A stretch of DNA of 64,000 nt from the human T2T-CHM13v2.0 reference genome, Homo sapiens (GCF_009914755.1 NC_060928.1); one strand, 5' to 3'. Numbered from the stretch's first letter, positions 1-14,417 are shown. Notes: generated by a model not told the origin, from the sequence alone. A program made the numbers and translations.

Positions 1-316
1 CATGTAGTGACTGCATGACTGACTTCAGCTCCTCAGACTGCAGCCCTGCCCTGCCTCCCACTCAATCTCTACTCCCAGGAAAAATAGACATTCAACATAG
101 GTCACATGGTTAAGGTAAACTTATCTGGTCAGATTGATACAATATGGCCTGAGGCCTCGGACATATAGAAACACTCTTTTCAGGAATTATATTCCCAGGG
201 CTCTGAGGTTATCTCCAAGGAGCTGGCCAAAATTCAGTCCTGAAGACAGACCTTTCTTTGGAATGTTCAGGATTTGAGTAATTCAGACCTACTGAGTTAA
301 CCTTTTACTGTCCACA
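1..316. mobile_element. MER21-family LTR fragment (window starts inside it)
   Basis: Terminal sequence ctttctttggaatgt...gagttaaccttttactgtccaca resembles the MER21 LTR terminus as recalled. Confidence 0.6.
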
Positions 317-359
317 TAAGAACACCATTATTTGATTAAATAATCCATAATAATGTTTG

Positions 360-570
360 TCACCACATATTTAGCTTATAGAATGTGTCAAGCCCTGTTC
401 AAACATTACCTTAGGTTTTTTTCTCAACAAATACAATATTAAATCCATTTGCTGATGAGGAACATAAAATCAGAAAACTAAATTTCCCACACCACATGGC
501 TAGTAAATATTAAAGCTGGTATTTGAACAAAGTTCTATTTGATTTTATAGTCTTGCTCTACTCCCTCTAC
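360..570 (-). mobile_element. MIR SINE remnant
   Basis: Degenerate MIR core in reverse: ccatttgctgatgaggaac...cacatggctagtaaat...gctggtatttgaac. Confidence 0.6.
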
Positions 571-1299
571 CATATACATTGCAGAAATTTGGAACTTCAT
601 AGTCTATAGGAGAAATATCCAGTAAAATAATAGGACCTAGAGTCAATGAATGCAATATATATTGTCATGGCTTTGCTTAAGCACCCTGACAACCTGGCTT
701 TAATCCTCACTCCTCTAGATTGCTCATTGTGGAACAATCAGTATACCAACTAGAAAATAACCACCAGAAAAAAGACTCTACTTTATAATCCTTTAGCCCT
801 TTCACTGAATCTGCTTCTTCACATGTTTAACATTTTTAATGGAAGCTGGACATTGGAAATGACAGATTTTGAGGAGCATTGATTATATTGTCTTCCTTAA
901 CAGGGTGTTGATTTTATTTGACCAATCAGTAAATTACTGGTAGATACTGTTCTTCCTCTGAGGATGCATTTCTTAATATGGATCTGTTTCGGTTCTGTTC
1001 CTTGTCCTGGAATGCAGCCCTTAATACAGAATATAGTCATTTTTGCCTTAAAGTGTGGCTTTTCTGACATTACAAGTGAGTGTCTTAGGTGCCCAGTAAG
1101 ATTTCTCCCATCTGCTGGGTGATAACGCCAATTCCAAAGTCTTCCAGAATAGAACAACCTCTGATACCTCCTCCATTCAGCATTCAGCTTGTAGCCATAA
1201 TTCTCCATTAGGCCTCTCACAGTATCACTCTGTACCTGTTCAGTTCATTTCTCAGCCAAAGACCCCATGAAGATTTATGACCAACATATCTCCTGTCCA

Positions 1300-1595
1300 A
1301 TATCGTATTGTACAAATTCCACCCATTTCTGCAAATTAAAACTGCAGTCTAAGCCTCCTCAGCTCTGCAATATTGAGCATAGCTCCATGTCTCATTCACT
1401 GAAAGGCGCCCCAGATAGGAAGCCAGTATGAAGAGAGAGTTTACCTCCTGAGTGTTCCTTTCCTCAAGGATCACAGTGTGTGCTACTTCTGGTTCAATGC
1501 TTTAAAATTATACCCATATAATTAATCTAGTTTAATAGTCATTTACTACAGGAAGGCCAGTCCAGTTAACAGTTATTCTGTCAGTGTTGAAGTCA
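1300..1595 (-). mobile_element. Ancient L1M (L1MC/L1ME-type) 5'-end remnant
   Basis: ggatcacagtgtgtgctacttctggttcaatg...ggaaggccagtccagttaacagttattctgtc resembles old L1M 5' termini in reverse. Confidence 0.45.
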
Positions 1596-2139
1596 CTACC
1601 AGTATGATAATCAAATAAAATAGTTTAATTGACATTTGTAACCCTTTACAATTTAACACCAGCTTGCTTTTCCTGACCTGTCTCCTCTATTCACATCAGT
1701 TGAGTATGTTTTTCACTTCTCAAACACTTTTGAAACTCAGTGCATTTAAGCATATCCTTCTTTTTTCTTGGGATGTGTTTTCCTCTCTTCCATCAATCTT
1801 CCTCAGTTTTTAAGACCCAGGAAAACTTACCGCTTCCCCTCTGAAGTTGTTCCCAGCCACTCCCACTAAGTCTAAAATCCTGTGCCACTTACCTATATTA
1901 TTATTTATATCATCCACAGAACTTTACAACTTTCATAGGTATTTCTGTGTAAATCTATCTTCCAAAATAATTTTGAGATATTTATAAAAACAAATATCAT
2001 TTGTTTGTGTAGAGCAGGTATTCAGAATTTAAAAAACATATCTGATGGTATTTTTTGACAGTATGTTTTACAAAATCGCTTATATTATTAATGTCTGATG
2101 CTATTACTTAACCACTACCACTATATGTAGTGACCACTG

Positions 2140-2375
2140 GCCACTAATAGTGTTTACTATGATCAATTTTATTAAAGGCTTTGCTTTAATTATTTAATTA
2201 TTTCACTTATTCTTTCCAATGGTCTTATATGGAAGGTGGTATTTCTTCCATACTAAAGTTGAGAAATACTAGGTAGACACGAGGTAAAGAAACTTGTGGA
2301 CAATAATTTAGCAAGCTTGGGATAACCAGTATTTCAACCTAGATTTTTCCATTGCAATTCACAAGTTCTATACTA
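2140..2375 (-). mobile_element. MIR SINE remnant
   Basis: Degenerate MIR core: gttgagaaatactaggtagacacgaggtaaagaaacttg...atttcaacctag. Confidence 0.5.
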
Positions 2376-3989
2376 TGGCAATTTATGTAACAGGCAGAGG
2401 TCTTCAGAAACAAATTAGAATTTTATTTGAGAGATAATTTTTGAAATGTCACATTCCATTATTAGCATATTCATATGTAGAATTATTGAAGAAGATAATA
2501 TGAATGAAAGTAATTTGTCTTTGGTAGTAGTTTTTCATTCTTTAGGGAAAAGCATTACCAGGCCATTGATTTGAGATGAGACTGCAGAAACTTAGAAAAA
2601 TAAAACCTCAGTGTGAACTGAGCATCTGTTTAATCATGTATTAATGAAATTTATTTAAAGTCTGAAATATTCTAAATACATGTTAATTTATTTAAATTCT
2701 GAATATATAAAACTGTTTTTGAGAATTTGGAAAATATATTGTAATTATCATATTTTAGAAAGTAAGCAAGCAAATACTAGCATCTTACTTAAGGAGAAAT
2801 GAGATGAATAGACTAGACCAAGGCTTTTTTTAAACGTAAATGACTTATGGTATTGAAATTATGCCTTATTAGAAAGTCGACTGCATTTTATAAAGAATGT
2901 CATATTTTATGTAATAATGTAATTTTAAATATCTTGACTTTAGTAAGACTGAATATTTTCCTTTGTAAATATTTGCTTAAATTATATTTTGTTAGTGGTA
3001 TAGAGTCAACTGATCAAATATAATAACCTAAAAAGTCTTAAGTGTATGAATGTCATTTATTTTATTAGCCCCCAAATTATCTGAGTTTTTCTCAGGACCT
3101 ATATAATTAGATTTTGAATTAGAATGTATTGATTATAAGTGAATACTTCAAAGTGATTGATATTTTCAAAATGCATATTGTGAAGACCAAAATATATTTG
3201 ACAATAGAGATATGGAGTAATGTGTCATCTGAAGAAACAGAAATTTTACCTTACAAACTCTTATTTCAAAGAATTTTGTATGTAGGAAAGTTAGGTATCT
3301 AATTCACTGAAAACTAACTAGCATTGGCTTACAGGATTGAATTGAAGGCAGACATGAAGTTGCGTGAAATACCAGTCATTCAGGAAGTGAATGAAATACC
3401 ATCCTTGAAAGGAGTACAAGGCCCTAGAATTAAAAATGGTGATAAATATGGAGGATTCTCTTTTATTTCACTTGACTGAAGAAACTAATCAATAAACATA
3501 TTTTTTATGATCAATGTCAATTGCCTTTTTGGGATCTATTGTAGACCTCTGTGTTTAACTAATATAACTATATGGTTTTCTATTATTTCATATGGAGAGA
3601 CTAGAAGAGTGGTGTTTTTGTAAATAAAAGAAATAGAATTTCTGAAAGAAGCTAACTTCAATTCATGTATTTTTGGTAATTGCTACCCTGTTTTCTTTAA
3701 AATAGCTAAGACATTCTGGCTCTAGTTTTTTGCCTTCAGACTTTTTGATCTGTTCTCATTACATTCTTGGTGATCTATTTCATCTTTCTGTAATTCAGTA
3801 GCTAAGTAATATGTTACAATAGTTGTTCTAAAGTTTCTGTAAAGGCTTTACTAGATTATTAAAGTTAACACTGAGCTGGATATTCATCATTAGTCAAGAA
3901 AAAAATTATAAGTCCTCCAGAGTGAAAACTCCTAGTAGGACAAAGTGCATGCATTAAATAATGATAATACCTGAGGAGAAAAGGAACAC

Positions 3990-4286
3990 TTTTTTTTTTT
4001 TGAGACATAGTTTTACTCTTGTCGCCCAAGCTGCAGTGAAATGGCACAATGGCAGCTCACTGCAACCTCCGCCTCCCAGGTTCAAGCGATTCTCCTGCCT
4101 CAGCCCCCAAAGTAGTTGGGGTTACAGGTGCCCGCCACCATGCCCAGCTAATTTTTTTTTTGTATTTTTGTAGAGATGGGGTTTCACCATGTTGGCCAGG
4201 CTGGTCTCGACCTCCTGCCCTCAGGTGATCCACCTGCCTCGGCCTCCCAAAGTGCTGGGATTACAGGCGTGAGCCATGGCGCCCAG
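3990..4286 (-). mobile_element. Alu (AluSq/Sx-like), full length
   Basis: Poly-T followed by reverse Alu dimer; TSD aaggaacacttt / aaggaatacttt. Confidence 0.95.
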
Positions 4287-5171
4287 AAGGAATACTTTTA
4301 ATACCACTTCTAAAGTATGTCACTGAAATATCTTTCATAGTTTGTTTTGTTGATTATTTGTGAAAATATAAAATTTTGTAAGTACTTTAACATTCTCACT
4401 CTTGTAATCCTACTTAATATCTTATCTTTAAAGGAAATAATTATCTATAGAATAACTTCTATGTTTATAACACAGATTTAGGTTCTGAATATGATTAAAT
4501 TGGGAGAAACAGTGGCTCGAATATAAAAGGTCACGATTATCTTTAAGGAAAAGAAATTAAGAAAATGAAAGACAACTCAGTCTATGATAAATATGCTCAC
4601 ATATGAGGTATATGATTAAATTCTTCAGGAACTGAAAGAAATTAGATAGCAAGATATGCTAGCATAGTCAGAAATTTTATTTCAGGGTACATACAGATTA
4701 AACAAGAAGGTATGTCTATAGTGTAACAAAATAACATTGGAAGCTGTAAATTGCCCACTGAATCTTTCCTGATAGTCATACCACACAGAACCCAAATTAA
4801 ACCTAGTTTACTTTGGATACCTAGGTTATAACATAATTAGGTTCATATTAGTCCTAATAAAGCTAGGTTTTGGCTTCATTTTTAAGAGATGCAATATTTA
4901 ATAACACTTCCCCCACAGTCCACCTTCTAGTTTCTTACCTGCAAGGTACTGAAGGCACTTGTGCCACTTCCTCCTGCTAGAGATTGAAAAATCCACTAAC
5001 TCTGCCTTAATGAGAAAGACCAATCTTGTCCAAACAAAATTTGAAATACTTAAAGATAATTATGCTGAAAAAAATATTTTAAAAATGGAGAAAATGGGAG
5101 CCAGTGAAAAGAGCCATAAGAGAAAAGATGGGAAACAGCACTTAAGAGGTACATATAAGCATTATTTGATT

Positions 5172-5401
<230 letters not shown>

Positions 5402-5619
5402 CTAGAAAAAATGTTAAGGGACTGCTGGCTTATTCCCTTGATAAATTTCAAGAAACCTGGTTTCTATGAGTCAAGAAATGAATTGTGAAATATAATGAGA
5501 GACAGACATACAAATGGGTGCTGGCTGAAAGGTGAGCAGAAATACAGATAGGGTGAGATGAGAAAGCAACACAGAAAAACAGTAATGGTATGTGAGACAG
5601 GCTTATGAGAAGGTCTTCG

Positions 5620-6030
5620 ATTGTAGAGGAACTAATAGAAAAACTGAATTGATCAGGAAGAAAAATATAAATTTCAAAATTACAAAATGATGATATCCAT
5701 CAGTAATTAGTTCCAGAAAGTCAGAATTAATTAAAATAGGTTGCTAAATGATTTTTTTAGAGCTGTAGAAATTTAAGGCAATCTTACATCCAGATAGTTT
5801 AGAGAATGTTTTGTAGTTCAAGGAAAAAAGTTTTTCTAAATGAAACAAAGCAGAAATGGAAGGATCCAGTTTTCAACACATAAATATGGATTGTGTCTAA
5901 CTTAATCTCTTAAACATTAGATGCCAAAAGAAAATATGAGCAATATTCTCAGGCTTTTGATGAGTTATTTGAGAAGGCAAAACTTCAATATGCAAAATTC
6001 AGTTGAAAAGTGAGTCTAAGAATGAATGCC
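5620..6030 (+). mobile_element. Ancient L1/HAL1 ORF1-region remnant
   Basis: ggattgtgtctaact...acattagatgccaaaagaaaatatgagcaatattctc resembles a degenerate L1 ORF1 C-terminal coding segment. Confidence 0.4.
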
Positions 6031-6048
6031 CTTGCTGAAATCAGACAT

Positions 6049-6128
6049 TTTCATGATTGTTTTCTGTCAAATAAAATCTTTTTCATGATTGCATTCTGTC
6101 AATACATTTCATGATTGTGTTCTGTCAA
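6049..6128. repeat. Three 22-bp direct repeats tttcatgattgNNttctgtcaa
   Basis: Copies at 6049-6070, 6081-6102 and 6107-6128; only the central 2 nt differ. Confidence 0.9.
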
Positions 6129-6273
6129 ACTTTTACGTAACAAATAAGACACTTAACAATTCAACAATTACTAGAAGTAGGTGGAAGGCCTCCCAAATTA
6201 TTATGAAGAGTTGGCATAATTCTCTGTTAAATATAAAAAAGGCTGTTTTCCCAAACTCCCACTAAAAAGAGAC

Positions 6274-6341
6274 TTGTTATCAATAGAAAATAAAGGACCC
6301 TAATAATGGAATTGTTATCAATAGAAAATGAAGGATCCTAA
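6274..6341. repeat. 30-bp direct duplication (38-bp period)
   Basis: ttgttatcaatagaaaataaaggaccctaa vs ttgttatcaatagaaaatgaaggatcctaa. Confidence 0.9.
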
Positions 6342-6802
6342 ATTAAATAATAACTAATAGAATCCAGCACTGAGTTAAGAAGAGGAGCAGGTAATGTTGT
6401 GGTGTTTTAAAATAAAAAAATTGGACAATATACTGTATTATATAATGTCTTTCATAAATCCTCTAAGGTAATTGATATAATTCAACATCAATTAATCAAT
6501 TAAATGTTTATTTTTCTTTAATTTTTAATTTTTTTTTCTTAAATGCCAGACTTACTTTTATATGATGATATCATTTCCAATTAGAGTCAATATTACAGTG
6601 AAATATTATTGAAGAAAAAATATATTTAAAAGCTAGTTATAATCATTACTATTTAACATTGACTTGGAATACAAAATGAAGGGGTAAAATTATCTCATAG
6701 GAAAGTTTCTTTTTTCTCTCTCTCTCTTTCAAATAGTCGATTGTATGACTAGAAAACCAGAAAGGTTCATTTGAAAATGATTTGAAATTATGAGATTATA
6801 AC

Positions 6803-7168
6803 TGTTTTAGTCAGTTCAGCCTGCTGTAACAAAGTACCATAGACCAGATGACTGACAAACAACAGAAATTTATTTCTCACAGTTTTGGAGGCTGGAAATC
6901 TGGATCAGGGTGCCAGCGGGGTCGGGTTCTGTTGAAGACACTCTTGCACATTGCAGACTGCTGACTTCAGTCTGTTGTGTCCTCACATGGTGGAAAGAGG
7001 GTGAGAGCATTCCTTGGGCTCTTTTTTCATAATGGCATTAATCCCATTTAGGAGGGCCATTCTTATGGCCTAATTAACTCCCACAAGCCCCATCTCCAAA
7101 TACCATCACATTGGGCATGAGGATTTCAACATGAATTTTAGGGAGACACACACATTCAGTCCATTGTA
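6803..7168 (-). mobile_element. MLT1A/MLT1A0 MaLR solo LTR
   Basis: tgttttagtcagttcag...aaatttatttctcacagttttggaggctgg...acattcagtccattgta; interrupts old L1 ORF2 debris. Confidence 0.85.
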
Positions 7169-7169
7169 T

Positions 7170-7600
7170 AATTACAGGTATTTACAAAATAAGTATACCA
7201 ACATAATTAGCATTTTTATAAACTAATAATTATTATCTACTACATTTAAGAAAATATTCTATTCAACCTGGTAAAATACTTTTATAATATATAAAATATG
7301 ATAAGTTTAGGAGAAAATATATAGACCCTAGATGATGAAAACTAGAAAACTCTAGAGAAAATGAAGTAAATACAAAATAAACTATGGATAAAATGAAAGG
7401 GATACCATTTTGAGAGGCAACATTTTCCTGGATGGGAACATTCATAATGTCAAATGTTGGTTCTCCAACAATCTAAAATTGATAAATCTATTAATTCAAT
7501 GTTTCCCAATTCAGTTGACAAAAGGGCCCTAAAGGTCATCTTGTATAATAAATGTATTAAAATAGTCCAGAAATTTCTGCAAAAAAAGAATTAGAGCACA
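7170..7600 (+). mobile_element. Ancient L1M ORF2 remnant
   Basis: cattttcctggatgggaacattcataatgtcaaatg matches the degenerate L1 ORF2 '[13 protein letters not shown]' region. Confidence 0.45.
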
Positions 7601-7649
7601 CTTTCTTATCTGGGGAAACAGAACCACTATTCTCACAAATGTCAGTCAA

Positions 7650-8160
7650 AAACCTGGGAGTCACCAGCGATTTGTCTTTGCTCCTTCACTTCCAATGTCC
7701 TTCTAGTCACATTTTCCATTCTGCTTACAAAGTAACTCAAATTTACCACTTGTTTCCATCCCCGACACCTCAATTCTAAATCAGACCACTGTTGGCTTTC
7801 ACTTACATCTGTGCACAGCTATTCATCAGTGTCTCTGCATTAATATGTTTCCACACAGTAGCCAGTGATGTTTTGAAAAAATCAAATGTCATCATGTCAC
7901 TTCCCTGCTTAAAATTCCATGTGGATCCAACAGATGTCTTCAGATGCAGTCCACAATTTTTAATATGACTTAAGACAGTGTTGGCATTAAAATATATTGA
8001 TGAAATTAATAAAATTCTGTATGATCTTGGCTCTGCTTACCTCTCTAACAGCTCACTACTATGCTCATTCACAATTTGCTTTATTCATACTAACATTATT
8101 CATTTCCTCAAAGGTCTTTCATTTCAGGGTCTTCATTTTTGCTCTTCCTGTACCTTTCTT
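7650..8160 (+). mobile_element. L2 LINE remnant
   Basis: aaaacctgggagtcacc...ccacacagtagccagtgatg...atcatgtcacttccctgcttaaaa is typical of the L2 3' region. Confidence 0.7.
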
Positions 8161-8210
8161 TTTCTCTTTGTTTAACCTTTGGGTTTAAATCTAGAAATCT
8201 TTAATTTTGA

Positions 8211-8507
<297 letters not shown>

Positions 8508-8903
8508 TGAAGTGCTTGCTGAATTCTCTGCATTTCCCATTTTAAGCTTTCTTCATGTTTGTCTGCTCCTTACCCTACGATTTTGATTCGCGTCTGTAAA
8601 CAATAGATATTTCTTTTATTCTTTCATTCCAAACTCTTGAAATCCTAAACAACCTGTGGATGACGGCAAAGTCGTCTCTTCTCTTCTCCTGACCCTGAAT
8701 CATCCCCTCTGAAATAAGTGGCTCTGGAGTGAAAGAAGAAAATGCAGGACTTGACACAAATATCCAGCAGCAAACTTTCTTTTCTGCCTCAGGAAATTAT
8801 ATTTCACCTAGGACATTTTGCTATTGTTTATCAAATATTCTACCTCCCTTGAATCATCTTGGAACACAGGATTCTTGAATCGAGCCTTCTCCTCAGTAAC
8901 TGA

Positions 8904-9207
<304 letters not shown>

Positions 9208-9873
9208 TCAAAATTCTTTTCTCAACTTTCCCAGAGAGAGAGCATTCCGCCTCTTCTAGCTTAACAACTTCATGTAAACGGGAAGATATAACAGGGTAGT
9301 AGAAAAATCTCAGGAGAAATCCAATTACCTCAGTTGGTATAGCTAAAAGATTTCTTCAGACTTCAAGCTATGGGGTCAGGACTATGTTTTTATAATTCTC
9401 AGAGGAATGCCTTGTCCCTATCACAGGGCCAGGCTCTGTTAAGTAAGTGATAAACGTGTATAGAAAGAAAGAGAAAAGGAAGGAAAGAATCATGTCATAC
9501 AATTAGAGAATAAAACAGGCTTCTTAAAATTCAATTGAGGAGCTAAACAAAATGAATAATCAATACTCTTTAAATATAATAATTTGATTTATTTCTTACA
9601 AATGTCTCTAAGGTGAATTGGACTTCTTTTGCGGCTTTTTTGTCTGCCTCTTCCTCTTGCTTGGCACACCCCTGCCCATCTTCCAATATTAGCTTAAATA
9701 TTACCAACCTTTTTGTTTTTCTCCCAGTATTCTGGATGTTTTACCCATATATTATACCTTTCATACATCTTAACAAATTTTTACTGCATTGCAATTTTAA
9801 CATACCTGCTATCTTGCCTCCCAAATACATAGAAGATTATTGAGTCCATTGACTCAAGTTTCATTTATATTTC

Positions 9874-10211
9874 TGATATGGTTTGGCTGTGTCCTCACCC
9901 AAATCTCATCTTGAATTGTAGCTCCCATAATTCACATGTGTTGCGGGAGGGACCCGGTGGGAGATAACTGAATCATGGAGGCAGTTTCTGCCATATTGTT
10001 CTCGTGGTAGTGAATAAGTCCCCCAAGTTCAGACGGTTTTATCAGGGTTTCCCCTTCTGCTTGGCTCATTCTCTCTTGCCTGCCATCTTCTGCCATGATT
10101 GTGAGGCCTCCCCAGCCACATGGAACTACGAGTCCATTAAACCTCTTTTTCTTTATAAATTACCTAATCTTGGGTATGTCTTTATCAGCAGCATGAAAAC
10201 AGACTAATACA
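9874..10211 (+). mobile_element. THE1 (THE1B-like) MaLR solo LTR inserted in an L2 3' end
   Basis: tgatatggtttggctgtgtcc...cagcagcatgaaaacagactaataca; L2 tail (aataagtatttgttgaat) resumes afterwards. Confidence 0.9.
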
Positions 10212-10339
10212 TTTTTATCCCAACACCTTGCACTATCTGGTGAGGGAACATATTTAATAAGTATTTGTTGAATACAGAAATATGTTTTATTTACTTCATT
10301 TTAATCTGATATGACGGAGACCAAGAGATCATGCAGGAC

Positions 10340-10748
10340 GTATTCGCTTCTTCTTCACTGGAAGATGAGCGTTTTGTAAATAGCTGCATTACCACCTGGA
10401 CTAAGATTATATTCTGCAGTTCCCTTTACAATGAGTATGATTATGTGGCTAACTTCAGGTTAATGGTATATGCCTGGAAGTTTCATGAATGATGCCCAGA
10501 AAGTATCCTTAAGGGAGATAATACATCCTTCTTGAATTCCTTCTTTCTGTTTGCTGGAATGCAGATATGATAGAACACAAAGAGGCCTCTTCCAGACGTT
10601 GATGTGGTAGATCAAATGTACCCATGCCCTTGATGACAAACTGCATTTATTTACGTAGGACAAACATAAGCTCCTATCTAGCTTGAACTACTATGGCTTA
10701 GGGCGCTTTACCTCTCACAACTAAAACTAAATCTTAACCATTGATATA
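10340..10748 (+). mobile_element. Old ERVL LTR (LTR33-like)
   Basis: actaagattatattctgcagttccctttaca...tatgtggctaacttc and 3' end aactaaatcttaaccattgata. Confidence 0.45.
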
Positions 10749-10791
10749 AATATCAAAATAATTTCTGTTAAGTGTATTTTTTTTTGGTCAT

Positions 10792-11217
10792 TGGTATAGG
10801 TTGAATTTTGTCCCTCAGGAATTCATATGTTGAATTCCTAACCCTGGTGCCTCAGAATGTGACTTTATTGGAAGTAGGATCATTGTAGATGTAATTAGTT
10901 AGGATGAGGTCCTATTGGAGTAAGGTGGGTCACTAATCAAGTAAGACTGGTGTCCTTATAATAGAGAAATTTGCAGACAGACACATACTGGAGGGGAGGT
11001 CTATGCTGAGATTGCAGTTATGCAGCTATAAGCCAAGGATCTTCTAGAGCCTAGGAGGGAGGCTTGGAACACATCTTCTTTTACACCTTCAGAAGCAGCA
11101 TGACCCTGCTGATACTTCAGTCATGGATTTCTTGTGTTTATTGAGATAGTAAATTTCTGTTGTTTAAGCCTCTCAAATTGTGGTAATCTGTTATAGAAGC
11201 TCTAATAAATGAGTACA
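10792..11217 (+). mobile_element. MLT1B-like MaLR solo LTR
   Basis: aattcatatgttgaattcctaacc...cctcagaatgtgact...aaatttctgttgtttaagcc...gtaca. Confidence 0.85.
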
Positions 11218-11356
11218 TCCATTTCTTCCCTAGTAATTTAAGATGAAGGAAGATCATTACACAATTAAAAATAAAACTAATTTACTTTAGCATTATTATA
11301 TTAATGTGTAATAATAAAATAGTGAACAACTACATTAAAATATGTACAGGTAAATA

Positions 11357-11667
11357 CAGTAGTCCCTTCTTATTTGTGGGGAGTATGTAACGATACTCCC
11401 AATGGGTATGCCTGAAAATGCACACAGTACAGAATCCTATATTTATCATGTTTTTCCTATACATACCTGCCTAGAATAAAGTTCAATGTATTAAAAAAAT
11501 TACACATAGTAACAGACTAACAATTACTACTAATAGAACAATTAAAACAGTATACTATTATAAAAGTTATGTGAATGTGATCTCAGATATTTTCTGTAAC
11601 ATTTTCAGACTGTAGTCAACTACAGGTCACTGCAGAAAGTGAAGCTGTGGATAAGGGGGGACTGTTA
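11357..11667 (+). mobile_element. MER44A (Tigger-derived MITE)
   Basis: TIRs cagtagtcccttcttat... / ...gtggataaggggggact; TA-flanked. Confidence 0.8.
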
Positions 11668-12714
11668 TAATAGAAACAATATAGTCAATCTTCAATCCTC
11701 AGTGCTTCTTTTGACCATTCCCCCCACCCCAACTAGAAAATGCCTTTCACTCCCTTTGCCCCTCATTAACCTTCAGCATGACATTAGTTATATTGCCCGC
11801 ATCCTTGTATGGAATTACTAAATAGGAAGAAGTTAAGCAAAAATGTATAATGAATGTAAGAAAGCAATGGCTCTGTGCATACTACCATTAAAATAGTGAC
11901 ACCTATATAAATTATATTTAGGTCCCGAAAAAAACACTACAATGATTCTGTTTCTTTAACTCAGATCACTCAAATATTATGTTCTAATGGTTATTAGATT
12001 TGTCATCTGTTGTAACAATTACATTATACATAAAATTTAATAACAACATAGTCAACATGAGCCTTCAAAAGAGCTCTACAAGTTACCTGTTTTCTTATTA
12101 AGCTAAAAGAGTAGTAGAGAGAAATAAATGCAGTTATGAAAGCTGTGTGTTATAAATAATCCAGTGTTGCACCCTCCACAATGATGTTGTCCATGAACTC
12201 TGAATGTAAATTGTAGATTACTTTGAAATAACTAGGTTAGCAAAACAGATTTAGTTACAAGCCAGGTGTTTTCTTAAGTATGTTTAGATGCTTTTTTTTT
12301 GCAACTTTGTTAGATATACTTTGCTAAATATATTTAAATGAATCTTTGCTTTTGTGCACAGAGCAAAGCTAATATGTTGCTTCATAGTGTGTTGGAGAAA
12401 CATTTTTTATTTCTTGCCAAATGAGATCATTTATGGCACACCTGACAAGACTTTTTCTTGAATCATGCCTGAAGCCGTGGCTGAACTATGGCCTAAGCCA
12501 GGTAGCTGTATTTATCACTTAAATGTATTGCCTTATATTAAATTGATTTTATATATTATATACATATGTTATTCTAAATAATGGCAGTTTTTATAAAATT
12601 TCTATGAAAATCGTTCCTAAGAAAAGTAATATTTGAGGTAAGATGCCTAAAGTTCTATACTCAATAAAGCTCTAATTCAATAAAGAAAGGGACTTCATTC
12701 ATCTTTTTACACCT

Positions 12715-13120
12715 TAAATATCTAGGCTGCCATAACAAAGTAACACAAACTGAGTGACTTCAGCAATTCAAAATTTATTGTCTCACAGTTCTGAAGGCCA
12801 CAAGTCTGAAATCAAGGTGTTGGCAGAGCCACACTCCCTTTGGAGGTGCTAGGGAAAGTTCTGTTCCAGGCCTCTCTTCTAGTTTTTGGTAGTTTCTTGT
12901 ATTTGCATATTGTTCTCCATCTGCGTGTGTCAGTCTGTTTCCAAATTTGCCCCTTTTTGTAAGAACACCAGTCATATTGAATTAGGGCCCACCTGAAAGA
13001 TTTCATTTTAACTTGAATACCTTTGTAAAGGTCCCATTTCCAAATAAGGTCACATTCTGAGGTACTGGATGTTAGGACTCCAACATGTCATTTTTGGGGG
13101 ACATAATTCAACCCATAACA
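12715..13120 (-). mobile_element. MLT1B-like MaLR solo LTR
   Basis: ggctgccataacaaagtaacac...ggtcacattctgaggtactgg...ataattcaacccataaca. Confidence 0.85.
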
Positions 13121-14417
13121 CTCTCTACATCTGGCAAGATGGTTGACATGGAGCTTACATCCAGTAAATGTCTATTAATAGATACACAAATGAATTATGG
13201 GAGGGAAGATGATTGAATTAAATTTACACATAAATCGTGAATCCTGAGATACTTATTACTATCATAGGAACAAGTTATATGTGCATATGTGTGCGCTCAA
13301 GGCCAGCATTTAATATTGGTTACAGCAAACAGAAAAATTTTTAGGCCATGCAAGGAAAAATTCAGGGATACAGCCAGTTTTGCTTATTTTCCTTTGTTCT
13401 ATATTTTAAACAAATGATCATCTGTTCTTTTCATCACCAGAAGAAACAACATATTGGACCTTGGCAGAACCAATCCATTAGAGTAAATCCAATGCATTCA
13501 TTGATATTTACTATGTTGTATTTGTTCAATATAGGATGATTGAACGAACTTGAATCTACTATAAGTTCATTTATCTTTTCTACGCCATATGTACAAGTTA
13601 CAGATTTTGTGAATTAAATGGAGATAAGAATAAAATTGTGTTTTGAGATTTTAATCCTGCATAATTTGCTTTAAATCAAGAGAAAATTTAGGAGTAAAAG
13701 CAGCAGAGGGTATATTTCTGTATACCCATCATGCTCAGAATCCTGCCTAGTGTGGAAGGCAAGGGTGTAATTTGATGAGCCTTTTCTTGTGTTGCCTCCT
13801 TAAAGGCAGTTCTGAAAACTGTATTTCTTCTTGGATTGATTTTTAGTGTCTATAAAAACTTTATAATAGTGATTTATCAATACTTCTACTCTCTTTATAA
13901 TTAATTATCTCAATTACCTATAAAAAAGTTATATATGGGTTCTACTCATATATAACTTGTATTGTATCTGATGTGTTTTGTTAATTCTATGGATCAATAG
14001 GTATATCAAGATTTCAGACTGTACTTAACTATACTTTTACCAGTCTTAGGTAAGGCTATATAGATAGCCTTTGGTAACTGCTGAATGTAGAGTTGAAGGA
14101 GGGACATGACATTACTATTAGGTTATTGAAATGTCAAAAATCTTTCAATTTGAGGGAAAGAAACTGAAATTAACATATGATCAGGAAGTCAGGTGTTTAG
14201 CCAGGCTTAGGAAAACCTGGAACCAGGTGTTGAATGCCGGCAGAATTCTCTCTTTTTATTCATGTCTTTTTAATCACTGTTTTTTAGTTTCTGTCTATTA
14301 ACTTCCTCCTTTTGCACTGATGACTTGTGTTCTTCATGTGCACAAACATGGTTAATAATAGATTTGACACAAACCTTCCACAATTGTTACCAAAAACAAA
14401 TCAAGGACTGACTCTCA

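Noticed and set aside
897-1220. 107-aa ORF as a gene
   Set aside because: Non-ATG start, no recognisable domain or splice context, adjacent to old L1 debris
6049-6128. CRISPR-like repeat-spacer array
   Set aside because: Primate DNA, only three units, spacers of 4-10 nt, no cas genes
10792-13120. Inverted MLT1B pair as a composite element
   Set aside because: The copies are highly diverged from each other, consistent with independent solo LTR insertions
14180-14240. ETS plus two CAGGTG motifs as an enhancer
   Set aside because: Short motifs are expected by chance, and there are no conservation data to support the call
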